Of a DNA stretch of 64,000 nucleotides, positions 12,648 through 23,900 are shown one piece after another. The position numbers were made by a program, and so were the translations under genes. The DNA lies in assembly GCF_006345805.1 (NCBI RefSeq), contig NC_043010.1, positions 30,070,001-30,134,000 of the forward strand. The letters run 5' to 3'. This DNA comes from Octopus sinensis (Eukaryota). The notes under the pieces were generated by a model. The model ran no database searches and was not told where the DNA came from. It worked only from the letters and a program-made list of their open reading frames with translations. The stretch's first letter is position 1. Each line of letters begins with the position of its first letter.

Positions 12648-13117
12648 TTATGTATATATGATAATAAATTCAGGGTGAATATTTGATAAATGTAAGCACC
12701 TGTATATGCCTTTTTCTCGTTCTCTCAACATCCAATCCTCCCTTTTTTTCCTTCCCTTACAAGAAGAATGAAGCCAACCGGAATCTACCCAGTATTTACT
12801 CTATATTGAGTGAGAAAACGGTATGAACGATTTTTTGGAGTCTAATGATACCATGTATGCCTATTTGATTATGAAGATTTACAAACATACTTTCCCAGTG
12901 ATACTCGGTTTACCTACCATTATAAATAATGCCAAATGTTCTTTCTCAAACCTTTCATAATGTGATACAAGTCTTTGGTGTAGCAATTGCATGCGGCTGA
13001 AGGGCTTTTGAACTGTTATGTCGATTATGCATTGATGTAAGAATAAGTTGTTCTATAAAGCTCGAAACATATGTACCGCGTCATCCTTTGTGTCCTGTTT
13101 TTATTTTGTTTCATTTG

Positions 13118-13208
<91 letters not shown>

Positions 13209-13260
13209 AACATTAATTTCTAGTCTTGTTATGAATAATTTAATTTGAGTTTCTTTTTAG

Positions 13261-13463
13261 GTAATACTTCGAAAGTTCAACGGCAAGATGTGTACAAGAA
13301 TAGCAATCTTGTCCTAAAATTTGAGGGAACGAAGAGCATTAGTACCGAATTCCAGTTCCAAAAAGGAGACATGGAAATGTCAGTCGACTTATCTGGCATT
13401 GGAGAGTTAACTGCCTTAACTGTGACACCTGCGACAAGCGAAACCATGCTTGATAACATCAAA
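13261..13463 (+). CDS. Internal exon of gene A (PLAT/LH2-like beta module, part 1)
   Basis: ttttttag acceptor, gtaaag donor, phase 1 to 0, open: [68 protein letters not shown]. Confidence 0.75.
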
Positions 13464-13473
13464 GTAAAGTTAC

Positions 13474-13611
<138 letters not shown>

Positions 13612-13714
13612 GCCTGCCTTTCCGTCTGTCTGTTTCCCCGCCAGTTTGGCTGTTTACCTACCTACTTACCTACCTACCTGTCTTATTGCCTGTCTGTCTG
13701 TTTGCTTCCTAAAC

Positions 13715-14095
13715 ATATGGTCCCGGGTTCAATCCCACTGCATGGTACCATGAGCAAGTGTTTTCTACAATAGCCTGGGGCCAACCAAACCCTTGCGGGT
13801 GAGTTTGGCCAACAGAGACTAATGAAGCCCGTCCTATATACATGTATATGTGTGTGTATGTGCGTGTGTGTGTCTGTATGTGTGTGTGTGTTTATCCCCC
13901 ACCACTGCTTGCCAACTAGTGTTGGTGTGTTTATCTTCCCGTAACTTGCTGGTTCGGCAAAAAAGACTATCAGAATAAATACCTGGCTTTAAAAAAAACA
14001 ATAAGTCCTGGGGTCGATTCATTTGACTTAAAATTCTTCAAGGCGGTGCCCCAGCATGGCCGCAGTCTAATGACTGAAACAAATAAAAGATAAAA
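13715..14095 (+). mobile_element. tRNA/CORE-type SINE
   Basis: gggttcaatcccactg B box, CORE-like block, tail ...gactgaaacaaataaaagataaaa. Confidence 0.8.
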
Positions 14096-14387
14096 AATAC
14101 ACACACACAAATCACACACACAAAACATGCACACACATACACATATCCACCACCGTATCACACTTGCTCCAGCATGACCACAACCACATGGCTGAAACGA
14201 GTAAAAGATTAAGAGAATACACTGTTGAAATTTAGTGATTATAGTTTTCTTTCGAGATAAAATCTCTTATAGACATGCTGGCGAACAATTCTACCCAAAT
14301 TCACGAAACTCAACCCTGGATAGAAAATGGAATTCAAGGTATTGCAATATTGAAATTTATTGAAATCCCAAAATAAATTAGATACTC

Positions 14388-14684
14388 CTTTACTCATTTA
14401 CTTGTTTCAGTCATTTGACTGTGGCCATGCTGGAGCACCGACTTTAGTCGAGGAAATCGATCCCGGGACTTATTCTTTGTAAGCCTAGTACTTATACTAT
14501 CGGTCTCTTTTGCCGAACCGCTAAGTTACGGGGACGTAAACGCACCAGCATCGATTGTCAAGCGATGTTGGGGGTACAAACACAGACACATAAACACACA
14601 CACACACATAAACACACATGTATATATATTATATATATATATATATACGACGGACTTCTTTCAGTTTCCGTCTATCAAATCCAC
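14388..14684 (-). mobile_element. CORE-type SINE, 5'-truncated
   Basis: Closely similar to 11095-11375. Confidence 0.8.
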
Positions 14685-14685
14685 T

Positions 14686-14795
<110 letters not shown>

Positions 14796-14807
14796 TTTTA
14801 TAGAAGG

Positions 14808-14852
14808 AGCTTCTACAGGACTAGAACTGTTTCATTCTGATGAAATCTTCAG

Positions 14853-14855
<3 letters not shown>
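14808..14855 (-). ncRNA. Type I hammerhead ribozyme motif with full stem III
   Basis: Minus strand ttc CTGAAGA tttc-atca-gaat GAA ACAG-ttctagtc-CTGT A gaagct; GUA cleavage triplet; the homologue at 7933-7983 shows the 6-bp stem I agcttc/gaagct. Confidence 0.65.
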
Positions 14856-14883
<28 letters not shown>

Positions 14884-14886
<3 letters not shown>

Positions 14887-14917
14887 TTTATAGTTTTGAA
14901 TAGTAGTTTATATATAT

Positions 14918-14953
<36 letters not shown>

Positions 14954-15209
14954 GTACATACTTTATAGTTTTTAATAGTAGTTTATATATATATATATAA
15001 TATATATATATATATATAATTTTAGGGAGTATAACTCCAAACTTACAGGGAAAAATTCAATTTATATTAAATCAATTTCACAGTATAATATAAAATATGA
15101 ATTAGAGATAAAACCTCTATGATGCAACTCAAACAGTGATAGACATAAACCAATACATAAATAACAAATAATATATATAATTGATATAATATACAATATA
15201 TATATAAAG

Positions 15210-15242
<33 letters not shown>

Positions 15243-15409
15243 CACTGTTTGTGTTGCATCATAGAGGTTTTATCTCTAATTCATATTTTATATTTATACT
15301 GTGAAATTTGATTTAATATTAAATTGAATTTTTCCCTGTAAGTTTGGAGTTTTACTCCCTAAAATTATATATATATATATATATATAAACTACTATTCAA
15401 AACTATAAA

Positions 15410-15412
<3 letters not shown>
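14884..15412. repeat. Inverted repeat (fold-back) of pseudo-LTR-like sequence around (TA)n
   Basis: 15020-15140 is the reverse complement of 15241-15364; tactttatagttttgaatagtag is mirrored at 15389-15412. Confidence 0.85.
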
Positions 15413-15447
<35 letters not shown>

Positions 15448-15449
15448 TT

Positions 15450-15590
15450 ATTTCTTCGTGTCCCTTTCTGTTCAAGAGCGTAGGCTCGAAACGTAAAATA
15501 CTTCCTCACCTTCCCGAGCGTCAAACTAATACACATGGTTGTTGTTTATACACCTGTCTTCGTCTTTTGTTTTTCTGTAAATTTCAACTA
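15450..15590 (+). mobile_element. Short PLE-type repeat with degenerate hammerhead
   Basis: cttt CTGTTCA a gagc-gtag-gctc GAAACGTA aaa; related to 27853-28032. Confidence 0.6.
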
Positions 15591-15699
15591 TATATATATA
15601 CACACACACACACACACATACTAGTGGGATCCGTGGAAATTCCACGAACGAAAAGAAGTTAGAATGAAGTCTGGGTTATAGTTATTGCAGATAGGTGGA

Positions 15700-16360
15700 T
15701 CTAATCGACAACAATTATCGTGAATGGTATTTATTCCGGAGCTGGGGCTGATAACAATACGAGAGTCTGTATTATGTAATTCCACGTACTATGTAATTTA
15801 AAGTATCGCTTTAAAGGTATTGTTTGATACAGTAGAAGTGGTAGGATGCGTCCTATTCAGGTACGGGTTTAAACGTCTCTAGGTGTATCCGAGTCAGGAG
15901 AATTATGTTTCGTATTCGCTGTACAATAGTCACTGGTGCTAATTTGACTCTAGTTGTGTCCTGGTGATTGCTACAACCAATGATGAGAATGTTTTGGATC
16001 ATGGTGCTACCATTAATGCAGGTTTGGTGAAAGTCTGATCGGGGATTCTCAGGGCTCTTCATTAGGTGGCTGAACTTACGCCTATTAGAGGCAGCGATTA
16101 CAGACTCTAGGTTTGGAGTGGTGGAATATGAAATTTAATGATGGAATAGTATTTATGTTGAGGTTGGGAAACTGGAGTTGAGGAGTTTAAAGAATACTGG
16201 AAGGTCACCTAACTTGCCTTCACAATTTCATAGGCATTTATCGTGTTACACCTATGGCATCATGTGCATATTAAGTACGAATGTAGTTACGGCCAAAGTT
16301 AGGGTGGTCTTGAAAGCCCTGTCGAGTTAAGACTTCACATAATTTCTTACGTTTTCTAAT
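15700..16360 (-). mobile_element. Degraded Penelope-like ORF fragment
   Basis: Minus strand ISYSTTPNLESVIAASNRRK, the same motif as 10761-11095. Confidence 0.6.
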
Positions 16361-16984
16361 TCTACTTCTTTTATTCTGTTATCTGTATTTTGTATTCCGT
16401 GTAAATATACGCTTTAAGTCTACCTGTACTTACCTGCCTCCCTCTCTTCCACTCTTTCTCTGTCTATCTGTGTGACTTCGTGTCTGTTGTTTGTCACCAC
16501 TCCCACCGCTTAGAATAAGAAGCAGACTTGAAAAATCTTGGTTGATGTGTTCGGCTAAAACCCCTCAAAGCGGTGCCCTATATTGCGGCACCATCTCGGA
16601 GGATTTTAGTGCAATCACTGGAACAAATAAAAAAGAAAATATGTATGCAAAGAAGACTAAAAATCGTCCCCAAAGCTGCTTGCGAGAACATCAGATGCAT
16701 TTCAGCTTTGTTGGGCTTTCTAGCATGTACTCGCAGCGATCCACATGTCTAGACAAGATCTGCATCTTCCAATTAGGAAATAGTGAATAATACATTCAAA
16801 TTGTTGGGAATAGCCGTCAGACTGAATGATAATCCAGTCTATACAATAGAAGCAACATTAACTTTAAATAGCCATTTATGCATCATACTTAATGTATATA
16901 CACCGTCGGTAGACATCTTACCGTAAAATAGCAGCCGGCTATTAATACTGTTTAAGTTGCGTAAACCGGATATATATATATATA

Positions 16985-17185
16985 TATAACATTAATCTCA
17001 AGAAAACGAAGAAAAAACAACAACGCGAGGATGTGGTACCTGTAAAGTATTAAAAGACGCCCAAGGAAGGAAAAAAAGGGTGTTTTAGGTTTCGAGCAAA
17101 GCTCTTCTTCCAAAACAGGAGAGAGAGAAAGGGAAGTCCAAGAGAAAAGGAAGACGGAGGAAAAAAATAGTCAACAATTCACATG
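16985..17185 (-). mobile_element. Diverged copy of the 2514-type hammerhead repeat
   Basis: Minus strand ...gaagagctttgctcgaaacctaaaacaccc; similar flanks. Confidence 0.6.
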
Positions 17186-17188
17186 TAG

Positions 17189-17234
<46 letters not shown>

Positions 17235-17321
17235 GTGTGTGTGTGTATGTATATATGCATGTATGCATGTACATATATGTATGTATATGTATATATATGT
17301 GTACACACACACATATACATA

Positions 17322-18424
17322 TCTATATATATAAAATTCAACTTGTGTGTCTGTGTGTGTATCTGTGTGTGTCTGTGTGTTTAACTTCCCGGCACATCTC
17401 CTAGCCAACAAATCGTAGAACCACCAAAAATGAGTCACTTAAAGTTTAGGCGAATGAAAATTGAACTGCGCTATTTCTGTTCCGAAATTCATCTCGCAAG
17501 TGCAAAAATCGATAATGTGTTTGTTTAGGCCTTATCCCATGCATTGAATAGTGAACTTTACTCAGTCAGCTGTTTGACGTGAACTGTGTACACCACGCGT
17601 GCAAGCATGCGTAAATTGCATGAAAAATAAAAAATCAAGATATAAAAACGAATCGCCGTAAACATTGTAGAAATTCGGCAAAGAAATGAATTTTCGGGAT
17701 GTAGACTGGAGGTTTTTTCGTATTAATCGTTTGGACTTTGTGAACACATACCAATTGTTTTCATAACATTTTAACGCTTTGAATTAAATGTGACCATTTT
17801 GCGTTGATCTGCGGTTTGAATCACTTTAACCAAATTTTAGCAGGCCGGATTTTTGATCATCACGATACATCGCCAGCGACTGCCTGAAACTCTCCCTGAA
17901 ATCCCCGTTGAGAAATCTATATATATATAAAACTCAACTTGTGTGTCTGTGTGTGCATCTGTGTGTGTGTCTGTGTGTTTAATTTTTGGATCTACCAAGT
18001 TTCATTATTAAGGATGGAAAGTAGTGTGTAGCAAATCTATATATATAAAGCTGAAGTTGTCTGTGTGTGGCAGGTTTGGTAGCCTTCAACTAACACTATC
18101 TCCTTCGAGACTCTGCAGCGCAAGTTGACCAACATTGAGAGTATGATAGAAGAAGGTTTGCTCTTCATTCTGTAGAAGATAAAATTCAAATCGGACCATC
18201 TTAACACCAAAAATTATTTACATAAAAAAGGTGCTTATTTTCTATGAAAATCCCTATTTTTTACGATTTTTGACTGCTGTGTCACCATTTTTCGGTGTAT
18301 TTCAACTGGAAAAATGTTCACTTGAAGAGAATAACAAGTTGCATAATGCAAAATTTTTACTTTTCAAAAATTCCAATTCTAAAGGGTCGAAACAAACCCA
18401 AGCAACACCGGGTGATACTGCTAG
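17322..18424 (+). mobile_element. Composite/nested non-autonomous Helitrons
   Basis: Three A|TCTATATATATAAA 5' ends (17322, 17916, 18036) and one hairpin plus CTAG|T 3' end (18421-18424). Confidence 0.75.
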
Positions 18425-18721
18425 TATATATATATATATATATATATTGATATTGGTATGCATACGTATACCCATCTACATGTGTGCACGATCGCTTTAT
18501 TACAGCTCATGTCTTTCTTTCTTCCTCTTCCTTTTCCTCCTTTTTATTTTCCGTCTCGATACTGATTTATAGACGCTACATTGTCAAAATCGAAACGGTT
18601 TCTTTTCTTCTTTCTTGTCGTCCTTCCGGCCCACCCACCATTTAGTCCTTTTTGTTTTTTTCTTGTTTTCTTTTCTTGTTTCTTCAACCGCGACAGTAAA
18701 TGTGTGTTAGACGTGTATGAT

Positions 18722-18768
<47 letters not shown>

Positions 18769-18779
18769 ATATATATATA

Positions 18780-18871
18780 TATGCATATATACTTGCGTAT
18801 ACATATAAGTACTTACATACACATACATAAACATACGTCTCCATGCGTAAGTATGTGATTATACACACGCG

Positions 18872-18905
<34 letters not shown>

Positions 18906-19125
18906 ATATATATACGCGTGTGTATAATCACATACTTACGCATGGAGACGCATGTTTATGTATGTGTATGTAAGTACTTATATGTATACGCAAGTATATA
19001 TGCATATATATATATATAATATATATATATATATACGCGTGTGTATAATCACATACTTACGCATGGAGACGCATGTTTATGTATGTGTATGTAAGTACTT
19101 ATATGTCTACGCAAGTATATATACA
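18780..19125. repeat. Inverted triplication of a ~95-bp unit separated by (TA)n
   Basis: 18780-18872 is the reverse complement of 18913-19005; 19033-19125 repeats 18913-19005 directly. Confidence 0.85.
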
Positions 19126-19334
19126 TATGTTTGCCTATATTTGTTTGTAAGTGTGCATCTACTTTCGTGTGTGTTCGCGCATATATGAAAGTATATGTTT
19201 GGTTATAGTGTGTGCAAGCATATATGTATCTGCATGGATGCATGTATGCGTACGTCTGTATAAATGTGTGTCGATGTATTTATGTATACGGATATTCGTG
19301 TATGTGTGTGTGTGTGCGTGTATGTATATCAAAA

Positions 19335-19540
19335 TGTGACCGCGTGCGTACCGTTGGCGATTTTTCCCCTCTGTCTTCCTTTCTCTGGATCTTTCCTCCT
19401 CCTATGTTTTCGACGAAGAGCTCCGCTCGAAACGTTAAACCCTCCGTCTTTCCTTCTTTCCTGAGCGTCCAATAATACAATATTTGTTCCACGTCCGCGC
19501 GTTGTTGTGTTTTTTTTTGTGCTTTCATGTTTGGATTAAC
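19335..19540 (+). mobile_element. Copy of 2514-type hammerhead repeat
   Basis: High identity to 2514-2722; core mutated to TCGACGA. Confidence 0.8.
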
Positions 19541-20187
19541 GTTAAATATATATATACACATGCATACATATGTATATATATATGTATGGGTATGTGAATG
19601 TGTGTGTGTGTGCATATATATATATATGGTATGTACATATCTATTTGTATATATGCCTATGAGTATATATTTTTTATATTTGTGTGTATGTATTCTTATG
19701 TGTAGATATAAGTATCTTTATGTATTTGTATATATTTATGTGAATACAAGCACATGTATTTCGTATGTATAAGTATATATTTATTTATTTGTGTATTTTT
19801 ATGTTTATGTGTGTGTATGGGGTGCTTATATAAAAAGAAACCCATTACTGTTTTATTAATATCTACGAAAAACAAACTTATATTTATATTAATTATTAAT
19901 TTATTTTACCATTAATTAATCTACTCTGGTCATGCATGATTTAACTCAAAATTTCTTTCGGATTCAAGATTTTTTCCCAACTTAAGATTTTCTTCGCTTT
20001 TATACAGCGCAATATTTATGTAATTTTATTTTAATTTTCTGTTTGTATATTTACTCTCTCAACTTGCATACTTCTGAAAGAGCGTTTGTGGAAACAGCCA
20101 ATCAAATTCAAATGTGTACCTGTCAATGGGAATCATATCAAAATATACATTATACGTACGACCTCAATTTTTATTCCCTTCATCACT

Positions 20188-20227
20188 ACTGCCCGATGAA
20201 CGGGAATGTGAAACTCTGAGTAGCAGT
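20188..20227 (+). ncRNA. Type I hammerhead motif in a PLE pseudo-LTR end
   Basis: actgc CCGATGA ac-gggaat-gt GAA ACTCtGAGT A gcagt: 5-bp stem I and GUA triplet, followed by aataaa and (TA)n. Confidence 0.6.
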
Positions 20228-20260
20228 TTTTTGTGATGTCTTTGCAGCTTTAATAATAAA

Positions 20261-20332
<72 letters not shown>

Positions 20333-20462
20333 ATATATGAGCATAAATACATTATATACACTCATACTTTATCCATTTATATCTTTTCAATCTGACTGGT
20401 TAAATACACAAATGCTGCGCAAATTCTTATGAAAATATACACCTTTGTGCCTATGTTTTTAG

Positions 20463-20553
20463 CTGACAGTTACCCATGGAGCACGAAATTATGAACTTGA
20501 ATTTTTTGCTCCTATAGCGCGTCCTTCTATCCGGTTTATGATCAGCAACTGTG
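20463..20553 (+). CDS. Internal exon of gene A (module 1, part 2)
   Basis: tttttag acceptor, GTAAGT donor, 91 nt, phase 0 to 1: LTVTHGARNYELEFFAPIARPSIRFMISNC; joins exon 13261-13463 in frame. Confidence 0.7.
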
Positions 20554-21179
20554 GTAAGTTGTTAAGACAGCCAATATTGTTTTTATTGCATGCTAACAGC
20601 GAGTCATGTGCTCATACACATACACACACTGAGAAAAAACATACACTCGAGCACTCCCAACTCACTTGTCTCTCGCTTTATTGTCACTTATGTAATGCCA
20701 TCAGTCAGGACGACTGCACTTGTCACTTCTAACAGTTTTTTCTCCCTTGAGCCTCTCCCACTCGCTGGAATTCGTTTCCTGCCTATGCTTTTACTGCAAT
20801 CGTCAACTTGTAGCTGTGAAAGGGGTGCATTAACTGCATCGATCTCACCAATCTTAGTGAGTCTGCAGAGGCCATAGGCACTGCCCTCCCTGTAAGTTAA
20901 ATCAATGAATAAAGGTGCTCCAACACTGATAAATAAACAAACCAAAAACACACACTCATAGATAAAGCAAGCATACATACATACATACATACATACATAC
21001 ATACATACATACATACATACATACATACATACATACATACATACATACATACATACATACATACCGAATGTACCACAGTTTCCGTGAAAGTTACAGTAAC
21101 TGTCTGATGTTTTCTGACGTTGTTTTGAGCTAGATCGTAGCCAGAATATTATCAGAAGTATTAGCTCTCGCGGTTTTTA

Positions 21180-22380
21180 ACCTTTAAATTCAGATGCACA
21201 TATCTCGGCTCAAACAAAACTTTGTTAATCAAATTAAACACCATCAGAATCAACACACGTTTGCCAACGCGAAAAAAGTTTATTTATGCCAGTAACGTAA
21301 AAATTCTACATTCTGGTGGCGATGAAGTCGTTGAAGGCGTGTTTGGCATCGTCTTGGTCTTTGAAACATTTCTCACGCAGGAAGTTGTCGAGATGAGGCA
21401 GTTTCGTAGCTCAATTCGTTCAACTTCTGCAGGGTCAGTTGTACGACGTGCGGCTGAGCGTTGTCGTGGAGAATTGGTTCTTTTCTATTGACCAATGCTG
21501 GCTGTTGTGGAGTTTCTTACGCATATCATTCATTTGCTGACAGTAATTCATCGTAATGGTTTCGCCTGGATCCAAAAAGCTGTGATGGCTGAGACCGGCT
21601 GCAGACCACCAAACAGTCACCATGACCTTTTGGTGCAACTTTGGCTTCGGGAAGTGCCGTGGAGCTTCGCCGGCGTCCAACCACTTAGCTGAACGTCGCC
21701 AGCTGTCGTAAAAAATCTACTTTTCATCGCAAGTCCCAATCCGGTCGAGAAACGGGTCGTTCTTGTTGTGTAAAAGAAGGGGAGACGACACTTCAAAACG
21801 GTGTTTTTATTTTGGTTGTCGTTCAATTCATGTGGTACTCATTTCTCAAGTATTTTGTCTTTTCAATCTCTTTGAAGTGGCTGGAAATTGTCGTATACGT
21901 TACGTCTAATTCAGAAGCAAGCTCTCGAACAGTTGTGCGTGGATTGGCTTCCACTAAGGCTCTTAGTTGATCGTTGTCAACATCCGATGGTTGATCACTA
22001 CGCTTATCATCTTCAAGACTCTCGTCACCGCTACGAAATCTCTTGAACCACCATTGTGCTCTACGTTCATTACTCGTTCCTGGGCCAAACGCATCGTTGA
22101 TACCGCGAGCTGTTTCAGCAGCTTTTCGGCCTAGCTTGAACTGGAATAAGAAAATTATGCGAATTTGCTTTTTGTTCATATTGTATTCAACATTTCGGAA
22201 AAAATGGCCTACTTATTCAAAAAAGAAAAAGAAAAAAAAAAAAGAGTAACACGATTAGATAGAGCGAAACGGGCTTTAAAATGACATATAAAGTCAAAGT
22301 AATTTAACGAAAATTAATTTGAAAATACATAATTTAAAACCAAAATTAAAAATTCCACAAGAACCTCCTTGACAACCTAA
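21180..22380 (-). mobile_element. Mariner (SETMAR/Hsmar-like) transposon, defective
   Basis: MNKKQIRIIFLFQFKLGRKAAETARGINDAFG HTH and PKPKLHQKVMVTVWWSAAG; TIR start ttaggttg at 22380; frameshifts. Confidence 0.9.
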
Positions 22381-22429
22381 TGGACAGAAGCAACAGATTC
22401 GCCTCTCTTCTTTTGTAGATGATAATAGT

Positions 22430-22577
22430 ACATTATTTATATTATTTACATTTGACGGATATTTGTCCTCATTTTATTTGTTGTTAACACAACGTTTTGG
22501 CTGATATACCCTCCAGCCTCCATCAGGTGTCTTGGGGAAATTTCGAACCTGGGTTCTCATTGCTAAGGTATTTTCGA

Positions 22578-22640
<63 letters not shown>

Positions 22641-22758
22641 TGTCACTGCCTGGAATCGAACTCGGAATCTGGGGTTAGCATCCCCGCGCTCTTAACCCCA
22701 AGATTCTGAGTTCGATTCCAGGCGGTGACCTGAATGATAATAATAATAATAAAATAAT

Positions 22759-22814
<56 letters not shown>

Positions 22815-22986
22815 CATCGAAAAATACCTTAGGATTGAGAAACCCAGGTTCGAAATTTCCCTAAGACACCTGATGAAGGCTGGAGGGTACATCAGCCGAA
22901 ACGTTGTGTTAACAACAAACAAAATGACAAATATCCGTCAAATGTAAATAATGTACATAATTCCTCATCTCTTAAATATAGAACTG
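22430..22986. mobile_element. Head-to-head pair of a tRNA-headed element with (AAT)n spacer and hammerhead-containing tail
   Basis: Arms 22440-22580 and 22816-22955 are reverse complements; central tRNA-like heads with B box GAGTTCGATTCC on both strands; third copy of the tail at 63098-63262. Confidence 0.8.
22865..22910 (+). ncRNA. Minimal type I hammerhead ribozyme
   Basis: gacac CTGATGA a ggctg-gagggtacat-cagcc GAAACGTT gtgtt: intact core, 5-bp stems I and II. Confidence 0.75.
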
Positions 22987-23486
22987 GATTATAATAGTGT
23001 TAGCACTGAGGTGTTAACACTTCGTCGCTACCTCAGAGAAATATAGAACTTCACATCCACTTTCTGTAATATAGCAACGAAGTGCATTTTTGCAGAAAAA
23101 ACTATCTTCCTTCAATATCTCAGCTAGATTGTTGTCTGGTCCAGAAGAATCTCCTTTTTTTTGGCAGCTCAAATGTTTGAAAAGTTCTATTCTAATTAAA
23201 ATAGGTGAAAATTGATCGAGACAGAGTCATGAGATCAGGGATAAGTAAGACATAGCCTTTCAAAAAAGTACCAATAACTGTTGAATATAGTATCAACATA
23301 GAAGGTGAATGCAAAAGTACCATGATAACTTAAAAAAGGAGGAACCGGTCAGTAGCATAGCAGGAATAAAAGGTTATTGATATGCATGGCCGCAGCTCTG
23401 AACTGAAACTAGAGAAAGAAAAATGTGCGTATTTCCGTTGGAAAAATGATCTTAAAGCATAACACCCACCCATTTACACACGGACA

Positions 23487-23539
<53 letters not shown>

Positions 23540-23900
23540 CACATATACATATACATGAGTATATAAGTATGTAAATATATATGTATATCTATCTAACTAT
23601 TTTATATATATATATATATATGTATATATAAAAAGTTAATTAATTAATAATTTTACCAAGTAGATCGGTACGTTAAAACAACATTTTTAGGTAAAACTAC
23701 ACAAATATTCTGTAATTATAAACATAATTATAATTAGGGGCCAGCTAATTGCTTCACCACATACCTAATTTAGAAATAGGAGTTAAAAAGTATATTTACT
23801 TACTTATTTCTCATCATCAGAGTAGAATATTTGTGTATGTGTATTATATATATATATATACATGTTTTTTCCGAATTTTTGTGATTATATATAGAATAAT

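Noticed and set aside
20688-20890. Minus-strand open frame after an ttacag acceptor (EGSAYGLCRLTKIG...)
   Set aside because: No recognisable motif and no partner exons found.
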